Shown: one piece after another, positions 16,301 through 31,300 of the stretch
How the letters are laid out: each line of letters opens with the position of its first letter
Numbering within the stretch: the stretch's first letter is position 1
Source: Balanoglossus misakiensis
Lineage: Eukaryota; Animalia; Hemichordata
Direction: 5' to 3'
Length of the DNA: 64,000 nt
Assembly (NCBI GenBank): GCA_040954595.2
Contig: CM082577.2
Span: forward strand, 20,124,303 to 20,188,302
Program-made: the position numbers and the translations under genes
Notes under the pieces: generated by a model
The model's input: the letters and a program-made list of their open reading frames with translations, nothing else
Database searches by the model: none
What the model was told of the DNA's origin: nothing

Positions 16301-19300
16301 GGGTCTGTTCTGTTTTGGTACAAATTGATTGTACTGAACAAAAAACAGACGTAGCAAAGAAGAAAACCATGACCGTAGCTGAAATTGGCTGTAGCAACTC
16401 ACACTAAATCTTCTGCTGTGTCCTCATGTCAGAGAAATCATTATACTAGTAGCTTGACATTTCTCTCACACGATTTGCTAACTCTTGCAGATTTCAACGA
16501 GTGTCAAAGCAACCCATGCCAGAATGGAGCAACTTGTTTAAATGGACAAAATTCATACACTTGTGTGTGTCCCCCAGGCTGGACTGGCACTGTTTGTAAC
16601 ACAGGTAATTTTTTTTTCTTTTCCAGATGGTGAATTAGGTTGGGTCTGTTTTTTTGTGGTCAAACTGGCCTACTTTTTGAAGCCAAACATTACATTTATG
16701 TTGCCAGAGAGAGGTGTACTCGAGTAACACTAAATGTTCTCAAAGTTCAATGTAAACTATTTGTATTGTCATACAGCATCTGTGTAATTTAAGGTGGCAT
16801 TGCATGAAAACTTGTGATTTTTGCCAAATTTTACTTTTTTACATAAATCGGTAGGCCTAATACTGACCCACATCCTGACTAATACGTCTTGGCGGAAATA
16901 GTGCATAATCACTCCAAAATAGCACTTTTCTGAATGAGTTCACAGCTTAACAAATAGGTGTCAACAATGCAAATGGCCGTTTTTCTCAGTTTGCATTTTC
17001 GCTGTTCTTGACAACTTCAGACGAAAATAGCTTCGCTCTGCGTTGGCCGAATTTGCTCAAATTTTAACTGGGGATTGTGTATGACCCATCCAACAAAACG
17101 GTATTTTTGTTAGTCGATAAAGTGTCCCTGGCGGGAATAAACTCTGATTCAATACAACTCACTGTGAATTTGATCAAATTTTACTAAAAATCTAACTTTC
17201 AAACGCTGTTACTCCTCAATGGAAGCAGATAACGCAAAACAAAATTACCGTTTTTTTGCACGTGTACTCTAGTTTCGAATGACATATTAAGATGCATGAT
17301 GCATGGTCAACTTTTTTACCTATTTTAAATTTCATGACATAATATCAAAAAATGGGTTTTTTCACCCGAAATCGCCACCATTTCCGGGGATCAATAATAT
17401 TTGCAACTCAAACAAAAGTTCAAAAACTCAGCTTCCAGAGTATATATGGTTTATAGGGTTTTTAACGTTGTCTTTGATGAGAAACAGGCCTCGACTGTTT
17501 CATGCAATGCCACCTTAATAGTTTGGTTAAAATTTGGATGTTTCAAGGATTTTTTCCTCGACTGATTTAACTATCATACTGAGAATCTTACTTTGAGAAA
17601 TGAACATTAATATCCATTATACTATCTACTGCTTACATGATCAGGGGTAATAATTTAAAGTGTGTGGAAAAACTCTTGAATATAGAAATTAATATTGGTT
17701 TCAGGTACCTGTATATTTTCATTGTGCATTTTTCTAGATTAACATTGATCATAGATATGATTCATGCATTTCTAAATATTACTCTAAATACTGGTTGCTA
17801 TCAGAATTCTAGGACTGAGTGTGGTCATTGGATATACGCATTCTAGATTTGTATTCTGATATTATTGCAAAGTAAAAAACAATGTACAAATCACATGACC
17901 TATTTCTTTCTGTACTGCGCTATATTCATCAATATAGATGTCAATGAATGTGCCAGTAATCCCTGTGTTAATGGTGGTACCTGTCATAATGGTCAGAACC
18001 AATATAGCTGTCAGTGTTTACCAGGATGGAAAGGCATTAATTGTGAAGAAGGTATAGTTATTGAAAATGTCAAATTATATGTTGTTTCTGAGTGATAACT
18101 TACATAGATTTGTGTTCATTGTGTACGTTGATGGAGTGAATATGTTAATTTTTCTATGTACACATGTACCAGACTCTGAGGTTTGTTGATGTCTGTAAGT
18201 AGCTACTAGTATATACCGTACATGCTTATGCAAGATAAGCCTTTGATTGATCATGACAGAGCAAGTCAATCAAATGTCACCTTGGTCTGTGGAGTATGGT
18301 GTACTTTGTGTATGTGCGTTTCTACGTGCCTGCACGTTTTTGTTTGTATGTATGTCAGTGTGATTCCATTTTTTGTGTCAGTGTTATTTCAAGAAGGTCT
18401 GAATGGATTCAACAGGGATGTATAATATATCTTTACTTACATATAATAGCTCCCAAAAATTCAGACATGGATGAGTAGAAATAACATGTAGAGTGCCAAT
18501 CTGATTAAAATCAGATGTAAAGTTAGGCGCTGGTAATAGTTTTGACTATCATGTTCTCTTGGCTTTGGCTGTTTTGTTCTCTGTTGACCTGGCTGTTTTT
18601 CGGGGCGTACGTGCCAACAGCAAAGAATCAGCAAAAATAAAGATGGCGCTTAACTGTACATATCTGATATCCAGTTCAACTACTGGTACTAGTTTCATCT
18701 CATTGTTGATGACTCTTATCTGCAGCTATCGTGTATGTCTATGTGAGACTCCTTTTCATTGACGACAGTTATGTAAATTAAAATGGATTTATTTCCTTTT
18801 TTTGCTTTTTTTCTCTAGATATCAATGAGTGTGAAAGCAGTCCTTGTTTGAATGGTGCAACCTGTATCAATGAACAGAACACGTTTAGATGTAATTGTGC
18901 ACCTGGATGGCAAGGAGACAATTGTGGTGTTGGTAAGCTTCTGAGTTTGGCTTTAACATCAATTGAATCTCTCAGAATGTAGTCCATGGAGACTTACATC
19001 AAAACAAACAACAACAACAACAACAAAAAAAGACAAAAAAGAATATTCTGCAATCAGGTGGAAATGTTTGCATCCAGTAGTGTAGTTTGTCACATTTCTA
19101 TCAGTTTGAAATGTCTGTTCAATAAGTTTTTCTTTTCATCTACGAGAATCTGAGGTTATTTTTTTCTGTCATTAGATGTAAATGAATGTGCCAGCAATCC
19201 TTGTGTCAGTGGTGGCACTTGTAACAACCTTGAAAACAGATACACATGTACATGTTTGCAGGGCTATGCTGGTGTTAATTGCCAAACAAGTGAGTACAGA

Positions 19301-22300
19301 TTAATCATATTCTATGGTTCTCTCTTTAATATTTAGATATATAAAGTCTAACAACAGAGGATGTCTTTTGTGTCTTACCATCCCTATCTGAGAATTTTGT
19401 TGTAAATGGTTTGGAAAACATAAAAAAAATATATTTTTCAACATTATGAAATGTTTCTTATTGAAATTGAGTGACTTTTGAATTCCTCAGTTTTGCGCGT
19501 ACAGTATGACCTCATGGAACATTTATTCCAATAGCGGATAAGGTTCCTGATATGTCAGTGTGTACAGAATGAAATATTTATTGATCATGCCAAGTGTGAT
19601 GTTTTAAACTACTGGTAGAGAGATAAATCTTCAGTGCATAAAGATTCCAGGAACAAAGCACAAGTTTGGGGGGGGGAGTGACAGGGTGAAATGACAAAAG
19701 ATAGTTTTAGGTCCCATTTGGTTATGTACATGTACATACAGTCAAACCTGTAAACCAAACCCTGGTAAAATCTGACGTCCATACCGAACAATTTTTTCAG
19801 TCCCCGCCCACTCCCATAGACGGCATGTGTTAAAAAACCTCTGCAGACCGGCCACTGTCTACTGTGGAAACCAGACTGGATTTCGAGGGACGGACGGATG
19901 ACTGTTTGAAGACAGCATCTTTTCACGTTGTTTGAATCACCGTCTTTTGTCTTTGAGTTTTGTTTGAACCAATTTTATACGCAATCAAAGACGTGGAGCT
20001 GTCACACAGGCAATGCGTGAACGCATATTATTGTTCAACTCCCCCGGACCACTGTACAAACCGGACAGATTGCTCAGTCCCTCCTGAGTTTGGTTTTGAC
20101 AGGTTTTACTGTATACCATGGGACCTTATGGAATCAGTTGATGTATGTATGTATGTATGTCTGTACGTACGTACATCTACACACCAAATATCGAGGTTAT
20201 ACGTGCAGCGGTTTTCAAGTTTTTGATGTGTACGTACGTACGTACGTACACATCAAAAACACATCAAAAACTTGAAAACCGCTGCGCGTATAACCTCGAT
20301 ATTTGGTGTGTAGATGCAGACTGGGCTGTAGATAGGAGTTTGTTCAAATGAAGTTGTCATTGCTAAAAATATGCAAATTAGCTTCGAAAACGTGAAATTG
20401 GTCAAAACTGAGAAACTCACCAACCAATGGTCATATTGATTTGAAAATTGGTGTGTATTTACCTTATTGATATCAGAGAATGGCTAATTTTGGTGAATTT
20501 TTTTGTCATTTTCCTTATTTTTAGTAAAACAATCTTGTTTTCTAAAATAACTTTGCAAATTCTTAAAAAATCATTTGAGAGTGTGCAGAGGTGATTTCTT
20601 TTATTTTTTTCAAACAAGGTTAATTCAATGGTATATTTTGGGGGTAAACCGTAATTTTTGCCACTTGCTCAAACTTTTTTCTCAGAACCCTCTACTCCCT
20701 TTGGTTTGAAATTTGATTTGAAGGTTCCTAGGTGTTATCTCATGATGATTTTAATACAAAACCTATAATGAAAAAAAAGTGTCAATGATTTGTGGGGGCA
20801 ATATCTTGTATTTTGGGGGTATATTTGCTAATTTTGATTTAAAAAAATTATTTGAGTTGTAAGTGAATGGGAGGGGCTTTTTTAGAATTTTAATGGAATC
20901 AAATCATAGGTAATTCAGAATTTTTATATTTTGTAGGATATTTGGTCTTATACCACAAAAGAAGAGATATTACCCATAGTTCTTTGTAATTAGGGAGGAA
21001 CCCCTACTGAGATTTGTAAACACAGCAAATTCCTGCATGTTTACATAACTGGCAAATTGTTAAAGAGACCAGCTGTTCTACTTGGTGTATGTACAGTACA
21101 CATGCCATCGGCAGCTTATGGGTCAGTCAGTGTTTGCCCGTTGATCCCTTTATGTGTGTGTGTGTCTGTCTGTCAGTATATGTACTCCGGTGTAGACTTT
21201 TTCTTGTGTAATCCCTAAATGGGACCACAGTGTCCTTGACGCTATTTTTATATATTTTATAGACGTCAATGAGTGTGCCAGTTTTCCCTGTATGAATGGT
21301 GGTACTTGTGTAGATGGAGTTAATCAATACCAGTGTGTATGCCGACCTGGATTTGCTGGTGTCAGATGTGATCTTGGTAAGTTTTTTGTCTTTTTTTGAG
21401 AAGTGTATAGCTATACTGATTTGAAAACTCAGTAACCAACCCCTCCCCCTAATAAAAGAAAAAAAAACTGTTGAGTGAAAGATGATTAGATAAAAATATT
21501 ATATTACTCCCAGGTCAGTTTTTGCTGAGTACATGTACAGAGGTATGAAGGTATTGGTCTACTTAAAATTTAGAATATTGTCATTTTTCTTTTTATATAC
21601 AATGTTTATTGTAAATTTTAAATGCAAAAATAAAGAGAAAACAGGGTGTTCCCATCCTACTGTTTCAGTTAAACGTTGTCAAATATTGAGGAAAATGCTG
21701 CAAGTCGGCACTTTTCTCACATTCATGATGCTAATTTTCCTATGGTGAAATATCTGAACAGTCCTATCAAAAAATCAAGCATGGTGATAGTGTGTTTTCT
21801 TTATATGGTATAATAATAATAATACTTTTTTGACACCTTTTGTGAAAATTTCAAGATACTGAGAATATTGCAATACTGTTTTCTCAAAATTCTACATACA
21901 AGGCCATGGAATGTGATAACCATGCACTGCATCTGGGTAGTCCACTATCTTAATACATGTAGCTAAGAGTTTTTATGGCAGCGAAAATTGATTGTAGTGT
22001 GACCGTATGCAATTAAAATGTCTCTATATAAAGGTGTATTATAATCTAGTATGAAACATCTGCTAACAGTGCCATGTTATTTTATCTTTTTTCTTGAATG
22101 AGTTTTTTTATATACCGGTACTTGTCCAATTGTTGAAATAACATGGTGCTGAGACCAACGCTTTCATCATATGATTCAATTTATCATCTGTGATCAGTAT
22201 CACATATGTGAAGATGTCAATTACCTACCATATGCAGCTCACATGTGTGCATGTCAATAGCTATGTTATTTGCTGGGAAGTAGTTCCAGTTCATTTAATT

Positions 22301-25300
22301 TTTTTTTCTTTTTTCATCTTTCAGAAATCAATGAATGTGAAAGTAATCCATGTCTAAACAATGCTGTTTGTAACAACCAACAGAATAAATATGAGTGTAT
22401 ATGTATGCCTGGTTGGACTGGCAACAATTGTGAAACAGGTAAGAAAAAGTAAAATTTCTATTAGAAGTCACAGCCACAGTCCTGGTTCTTGCATAAGTGG
22501 CATTTCTCCATCAGAGTGTCCAGCACTATGACATTGTGGAGGAGGAGGAGCTCAGGTGTGTAGGCCCCTTGTCGATCACCTGTGATATGACAACAGGTTT
22601 GGTTGTATGTTGTCTACAGAATGCTGAAAAAAGACACTGTTGAATGGTGAGTACAGAGACTGTACAAGTGACCTCAACCAGAAACCAGTGTACCAGAGTA
22701 ACATGTGACTTGAACACTGAACATTACATTGTTGGTCTGGTCACCTTGATTATTCATTTCTTTGTGATGGCTGAGCAGAGAGCCTGAAATATATTATGCT
22801 GCAAGTGTTTTGTGTAACCACTTGAATTGAAACAAAACAGTGTAAATAAATGATATTTGGATCTGCCTTCACCATGGTTAAGTTGTATCGAGCAGGTGGA
22901 CGCTTGTGTATATGCACCATTGTAACAGAGGAGTCCTTTGATTGTGATTGAGCCTTTCACCCCCAGTTCCCTGTTTAGAGGTCCAACCTTACCATAGAAA
23001 ACAATGGGTCCTCTTTATTGAATCTTACTAGTATGTAGATTGTTATTGGCATATGATCTCAAAAGTTTAGACCAATTTGATCATACTAAGGATCTCCACT
23101 ACTCAATTGGTCAAACACTTCTTGCAGGCATCTGACAGAAGTGGTGTTACTCCGTATGTTTATTTTCATTTGCTTAAATAGGAAATTCAGGAAATACGGA
23201 TTCCAAGCGGATTTGCCGAAAAGTCCCCATTTGATGCAAATTCTGTGGTGGTAATGAAATAGTGAACATCTCATTTGAATAATGAATAAGGCCACTAGCG
23301 CAACTAATGAGCATTGCTGATAAACGCTGCTTGCTTTTACTGTTTAAGCTGAAACAGAACTGAGACCATTTGTCAGTTGAATCACAAAGTTCGATTTTAA
23401 GCGAAGCGCTGACACTTTCAAACTTAACTTGCACAAAATCAATTTTTGAAGGCTTGAATATAATGTAGGCAGTGTTCTCCCCAGAGAAATCAAAGATAAT
23501 TATTGGTGTACAAACTGTAACTTTTTTGAAAAATAGAAACTCAATTAGTGCAGCAAGTAAATACATTTGTTTTTGCAAATTAGCCAATACTGTATCAGAA
23601 ATTTCTGGGAAGATCATAAAGGATGTGCAAATACTGACTCCATAAATGTAAATGTTAATATACAGAAACATAATGCACTTTGAACTATTAGTGAAAAAAA
23701 TAATTCAAAGTGAAAGCTAATAATATAGCTTTCATGTGAAGGATTTTTCCAGTGATGTTGAACTTGAAATACTTGTGCTAAAGCAAGCAGTTATTACCAT
23801 ATCAGTAAATACCATAAACCGGGAAATTTTCGCAAACAATAAATTTTCGTGAACTTCGTGAGAGAAAAGAAACAAGAAAATAAAAAGTCGTGATAAAATA
23901 GCCAGGAAAAACAATGTGTGATTTACATCGTGAAATGAAACAAACCCACTCAGCTCTATTCACACTCTGGCAAACAGACACATGCATTAAAATGGCTGCG
24001 GTTTCATGATTTTTCTGCACATTGCACAATAACAATGCAGTTAGTGAAATACTGAAAGGCGAAAATTAATCATCGCATAGCAGTTGCCTCTTTTGATTTC
24101 AAGAAAATTTCTTGTCGCAAAAAATTCTGGTTTACACTTTACAGTATGTCATCTCCTGATGTTTTCTCAGAAAAATGAGTTTGTGTTGGTTTTTTCTTTC
24201 AGAAATTAATGAATGTGATAGTAACCCTTGTCAGAACTTAGGTGTTTGTCTGAATATGCAGAACTTCTACTTGTGTGAGTGCCCAGATGGATGGCAAGGT
24301 TATAACTGTGAAACAGGTTAGTTTTGCCAATTAATCATTATTATATCTTAAACTGCCTTTCTACAAAGTGTTTATTCTCTGCCCCAAACAAAATTTAAAA
24401 TTATTCAAAAATTATATTATAAAAAAATTTACTCAGTAAAATGACAAGGGCAATGGGTAACATGATATTTGTTTTTTCTTCTTCTTCCAGAAATCAATGA
24501 ATGTTCAAGCAACCCATGCCGTAATGGTGGTTCCTGTGTTGATGCCTTCAATGGTTATACATGTCAATGTATCCCTGGTTACACAGGCACCAATTGTCAG
24601 TTAGGTAAGTACATATGAGACTACAAATCAGGTTCCAATTCCCAGCGTCCCTGAATGTTCTTCATCCATCCAAATGGTTTGTTTGAATCATCTGTTCAAC
24701 CATGTAATCATTTGAAACTTTGAAATAAATGTCATTCTCCTGATAGATAAAAACCTTTAATGTGGTACAGGATTTCTAAATATTTCTTTGAGTCAGCCCT
24801 ATACCTTTGCATGTAGTGTGGGTGATTTTCTTGAATCACAAGTAAGTTTGTTGAGTCAGTGGCATGTCATATGGGCTTAGAGGGCACACTTGCCAGTACA
24901 CTTTTAATCAGATGCCATCTGTGTATGACTATCATATGTGACATTGTGACACCCAGAGATTTAGACTGTATTATTGTAAAATAGAATAAAAGATTCAATA
25001 TATGCATTGCCCAATTTGAATGTGTGCTGTATTGATTCTTAGATATAAATGTCAATTATTGTAAGGAAAATGTCAAAAATATTACAAAAATCCTTAATCT
25101 TAAAATTAGACTCAATCTGTGAATAAATCCACAAATGTTCATCCATTAAATTGGCCAGTCATTGGTCCATTTGAACCATGTGACTTGCCACAAATAATCA
25201 GAACAACATGTATTGTTTTCAAGCCATAATTTTCACTAAAAACAACCACGGGGAAGCTGAACCAATTCTGCCATAGAGGTATTTTTATTGTAACAGGAAT

Positions 25301-28300
25301 GACATATTATAAAATGCGCTTATCATTCCAGATGTTGATGAATGTTCCAGTAGTCCATGTCGAAATGGTTTCTGTTCTAACCTGGTCAACAGATATACAT
25401 GCACATGTCCACAGGGCTGGACAGGTGTCAACTGTGATCTAGGTGAGTGTAGTATTTATAGTGATCAACTGTATGTAAACATAAATTTAAGCAAATTGTC
25501 CTTTGATTGTTTTGTTACTCCACTAATTGCTGTTTGGCAATTTGAAAATAGAAGGATCCTTGTCAGTGTTTCCATATGTAATGGCTACTACCTGGTTATG
25601 TTTGGAGAACAATTTATTAGCTGTACTGCCGCCTGATGTCAATGTATGGGTTAATAGGTAGATGACGACTCAAATGTTAGAATATAGCTGTAACTTTTGG
25701 ATTTATTTCCAGTATTTTTTGTTCTGTGTATCAAACGCAATTTCTTCTACTCCAAACAGCATGCTGCTAAGTACTCTGCTTGTCAACGCATCCTGTATGT
25801 TTTGTTGGTGCATGCTTCTGATGGAGACCACAGTACATATGCATGCCAAGTTTGTTACAAAAAATCTAGTGACTCAGAGGCTTAGTTTATATTCTACATG
25901 CATTCATTCTAATTGCTATCTTCACCACTTCAAATTTTTGCTCAGTATTTCTTCATCTTGTGTTTCTATTCATGATTCAGATGTCGATGAATGTGAAGCT
26001 AATCCATGTCAAAATGGTGGTACCTGTAACAATGGACAGAATTCCTACACCTGTTCATGTCTTCCTGGATGGAGTGGTGTCAACTGTAACCAAGGTACGC
26101 TCAGAAAAGTTGTCTGTGAGTTGAAAAATGAGTAATGGAAGTAAAATCATTCATGAATGAAGTGAGATCTGTGACTTGGGAATCATCTGATTATAAGTAC
26201 CAATATGCTGAGAAGTATGTGTGATCTTTTGTTGAACAATGTAATTAATAATAGATATCATGAAGTTGTCGAATTAAATAGTTTCATTTGAACCTCTGTT
26301 TCAGATGTGAATGAATGTGAAAGTAACCCCTGTCAGAATGGAGGCACGTGTGTCAATGTTGTTCAAGCATACAGTTGTAATTGTCCATCAGGTTACCAAG
26401 GAATCAACTGTGAAATCGGTAAGAGAAATAAGCAACCAACTTTTAACCTAAAAGTGTAGAATGTCTATAATCTTATTGAAATCCCTGCAAATCACTGGCA
26501 CAACAAAGGGTTCACCTAGTTACAATGTATATATGTTTGTTGTCTGTGCTGCTAATTGATGATGGTCGGTCATTGATGTCTCAGCAAAGAATCTGTGCGA
26601 CACTCATTTAAAGCTCCATTAGCTGCCACTTTCCACAATGTTTTCGGTATTTTTGTTTTGTGTATCTACTGCAGTTTTTTGTTCAAATTCCTGAAACATG
26701 ATGAAATGCCCAGCATTTTGATCATCAACACAATATATGTGCATAGTCAGCATTGTTGTAATTGTGCAAAATTTGTATTCTAGTCTGGACTAGATTTCAT
26801 TTGTCAACAATAAAGATTGTAGGTATACACACAAACATGCTATATGTTGACAAGTGGAGTACTGGGTATATTTGCCATCAGTTGGCAAGACGAAAAATCA
26901 AGTACTGGGTATATTAGCATGCTGCTTGGAGTAGAGCAAGAAATTACATTTGATACACAGAATAAAAATACTGAGAAAAAGTCAAATTATAAGCCCAATA
27001 GCTGCCACTTTTACTTTTTGTTTTTCCTTATCCTTAGTTGACAAATGGCATTATTTTGACTTTGTGGGGATTTTAATACCAATGCGTGCATACCATAGTA
27101 GTTGTGTACTCTTTCAATGGTTAGTATACCGGTACACGAGATTTGGGTACAATTCGAGACATATAGCACGAGCCGTTAGGCGAGTGCTATATGGAGCAAA
27201 TTATACCCAAAGGAGTGTGAGGCGGGGGTTATTGCTATTACATGTATATTATATCAACAATTGATTTTGTGGCATATCAGTGGCATTTTCTTAACGAAAC
27301 AACGTCAGAAAAAGAAGTTACGAATGCAAACCAAACTCGCAATGATGAATGAAAACAACAAAAAGTGTCAAGACAGGCATCACGCGTGGCAAAGTGCCAA
27401 ATATTCCCACAGAGCAGTTCCAAAATAAAACATTTAATATTAGGTTTAACCCCACGCAACTGTGGTTAAACTCCACAAGCCATGGTAAAACAGTATTTTA
27501 CTATTGCTGGATTAAGCTCTTGTCCAATCAGAATGGCGGACGGTAGCATGATATAATAGGTAGCGTAATAGAATATATATTATATTATATCATGCTACCG
27601 TCCGCAATTCTGATTGGACGATAGCTCAATCCAGCGATGCTAAAAAACTCAATAATGCACTGCTGGCAGTGGTAAAACGGGCCCCTGAACTAGCATACAG
27701 CAGCAAAAATGTGCGGTTAAACCACAGTCGCGCGTGTTTAAACCAAATAAATAAAACAAAAATACTGTTGAATTAACGGACGTTTTATTTTGGAACTGCT
27801 CTGTGGAAATATTTGTCACTTTGCCAAGCGCGATGCCCGTCTTGTCACTTTTTGTCGTCTGCTTCATGTTTAATGCTCGATCCCGGACTGCTCGTGTTTA
27901 CATTCATCGTCGCCATGTTGGTTCACGATCGTAATTTCTCTTTCTGACGCCGTTTCGGTAAGAAAATGACACTGATATGCCACAAAAACAATTGTTGATA
28001 CAGTCAAACCTGTCTATAGTGACCAGTCAAGGGACTTTACCAAACTGGCCTTTATAGACAGGTGGTCTTTATAGACAGGTTAATTTATACACATGTAAAT
28101 TGTACAGGGACTGTAACTAAGTGGCCACTATATAGAGGTGGTCACTATATAGAGGTGGTCACTAACACAGGTTTGACTGTATAATATAATAGCAATAACC
28201 CCCGCCTCAGTCGGGTATACACTCGATTTGGGCACAATTCGCTCCATATAGCACTCGCCTGACGGCTCGTGTCTCGAATTGTACCCAAATCTCGCGTATA

Positions 28301-31300
28301 CCCGCCTGCGGCGGGGGTTATTACTTAAATATATTCTTTTATAGAAATAGGTACAGTTGACAAAAGTGACAGTCTCATGAGTGTGGTTTTTGTAAGACGA
28401 CAAATATTGCAGACCAGTCAAAGCAGACACAGTGAACTTAAAGGGAAAAAGTCTCTCTCTTGCTGCCCTTTTTTCCATTAATTATATTGATACAAGACAC
28501 CGTTTGTTATTCTACATGTGGATATATAGTGAATGAACGTTCAACCACACACAACTTCCATCCCTCTTATAGACAGGAGAGTGAAAAAACTCGCCAGAAT
28601 GAATAATCGTTCTTTACCATTTATTCATTTTGGGCGAGTTTTTACTCTCATATCATACAAGTGGGATGGAAGTTTTGTGTGGTTGATCATTGATTCACTA
28701 TATATCCACATTTACATTAACATAACCAGTGTCTTGTATCAAACATAATTAATGGAAAAGGGGCAGCTGGAGAGAGACTTTGTCCCTTTAAGGAATGACT
28801 ACAATTTGTAATTTTGTATTTAGGCTTATCACTTCCCTTGTATCTTTATAAACTACTTCTCTGGTTACTTTGATGGAATTTGGTGTACAGGACCTTGGGA
28901 ATATTTTCCCTCACATTTATTGAAATTACAATTTATCCTCTATGTGTAACTACTGATACCTTTGTCAGTAATATTTGCATATCTACTAGGTTTTCTGGTT
29001 GAGATAGGTTTTTGTTGTAAAAGTTTGAGATATATAAGACCAAATACGTGGTACTATATGGCATATATATTTGCATCATTTCTGATCAAAACGGGAGCAC
29101 AATCATTTACTCTTTATTTGATGTACATTTACAGATGTTGACGAATGTAACAGTAATCCTTGTCAGAACGGTGGTATATGTATGAATGGTGCTGGCAGAT
29201 ATGATTGTCAATGTGCACCTGGTTGGACAGGACCTCACTGTTTAGATGGTATGTATTAAATCATGACAATATTATTGTTCAAACAAAGCTGACATGCCAA
29301 TGTGTTTGGTTCTGGCATAGTTAATATTAGATGGTTAGACTAGATTTTGCTGTGTTAGAATTTATATTCAAGGATAAAGTTCATTGCACTGTGTTTAAGT
29401 GGATATCTTAATATCGAATGGAACTGGCAGTTTCCAAGATTAAATTACTGCCAGGTCCTTAACAGTTTTGTTTATTTTAAGTCAAATTGTGGTTGACTTT
29501 TGAGAGACAGTAGATGATGAAATGAAATGGCATATGGCTGGCAAAATGTTTTTGAAGGAGATACAAGACTTTCTCATGCGTTTACATTCACCCTTATTAT
29601 ATTTGAATCTTTGATTTTAGATGTCAATGAATGTGGTAGTAACCCATGCAGAAATGGTGCAGCCTGTCGAGATTCTTTCAACAGATTTGTTTGTGAATGT
29701 ACTCCAGGTTGGGAAGGAACTTTGTGTGACACAAGTAAGAATATATTTATTGTGTTTTGGGGGCTGTGTTTATTCCTTTGTAAAAACGTACTTGTACGAT
29801 ACGATAACATTTCTCTGCTTATGTTTTTCTTCGTCAACTCTTTACCTATAATTAGAATTGTAAACGGATCATGTTGTGCATGTGTGTGTGTGGGGGGGTG
29901 GGGGGGGGGGGGGGTTGAGCAGAATATGAACTCAACATTAAAGTTCACAAGAATTTTATGTGGGGCGAGTCTCAATTGAACTGGAGGCTAAGCATAGTGT
30001 CATCACAGGGGGCTGCAAACGTGAAAGTTATAAATGGCGAAGTACGTTCCGTTCTGCGTTTTCCCAACCTGTCTTATCATTTGCTAATCCAGAATAAAAG
30101 CTATCCATTTCCCATTAATCACCTGCTAACAACTTAATCTGTGTGCCCCATCCACGGATTAAGTTGATAAAGTAAACATCGGTCAGCGAGTACTGGGTAT
30201 AACAAGAGGAAGGGAGGAAACTCGCTCAAGGCATGTCTGCAGTTTCGTACTTTTCAAGCCATGCCTACCAATTAAACAGTCATCATCAGTTTTCTTATGC
30301 TTAAAAATGAGTGCAGCTCGCTTTGGACGCGTGGAAATTGCTTCGTTGTCTCAAAAAACGTGACTGGACGTTCACTCGGCGATGTCCAGAGGTCGCCTGT
30401 AAACTCGGATACCACTTTTGACCTTTGACTGTTTATTTCAAGACCACGTGAGCTTCAGAGGTAAACAAATTACCCATGCATAGCATGCAGCTGTGTTGTT
30501 TATGTTCGTTTCACCATGGACGTTCATGGTTTCACAAGTTGCTGTCTAAAATCAAAGTGGCAAACTTTCCATATAGGCCTACAAAAATTGTTCTCCGAAG
30601 GCACAGATATAGATACGGGCGTCTGTTTCCGCAGAAATGGGCCTACAAACGCTCATAGCGGTAAATAGCCTCGGACCCCAGACAGATTCTCTAACAACAT
30701 GAACTGCGACGTTTTTTTCCAGGTCTTACAAGTTTCGATGACCAGTGGACGGTCATTGAAACCATTCCCGCAGGCAAACGATAAAATCAACAAATGTGCT
30801 GGCTCGCTTAGGACCGGTACACGTCCACGATCGTAACGTCGACTTTTCAAATCCACCTTTCTCGTATTGTCATTGATTTTACCCACCGATATTCTCATGG
30901 GCCACCAGTACATGCACTTGGAATTTCGCTTTTTACGTCCATGGTTACAGTGACGGGCGGGCGAATCAGTGAAAATAGTTCGGGTTGATGACGTAGAACA
31001 AGGGTAAATTCGGCAAATTTTATTCTACTTCACACAGGTGGCTATACGGGCCAGTTCATGTGATAAGTCTATAAATATCGTAAAATCTAAATGTGCTGCC
31101 GAACAAATACAGACGCCGCGCCAGGCAACACGTTCGTAATTCTTCCTACCTGGCTTCCGTGCATTAAACTTATACATATTCAAGTGTTTAGCTCCCTGAA
31201 TATATGAATATTAAGTGGTTTCCGGCTTTACGGGCAACCTCTGGACATGCCTTGAGCGAGTTTCCTCCCTTTCTCTTCTTACCGAGTGAGAACTGACCGA

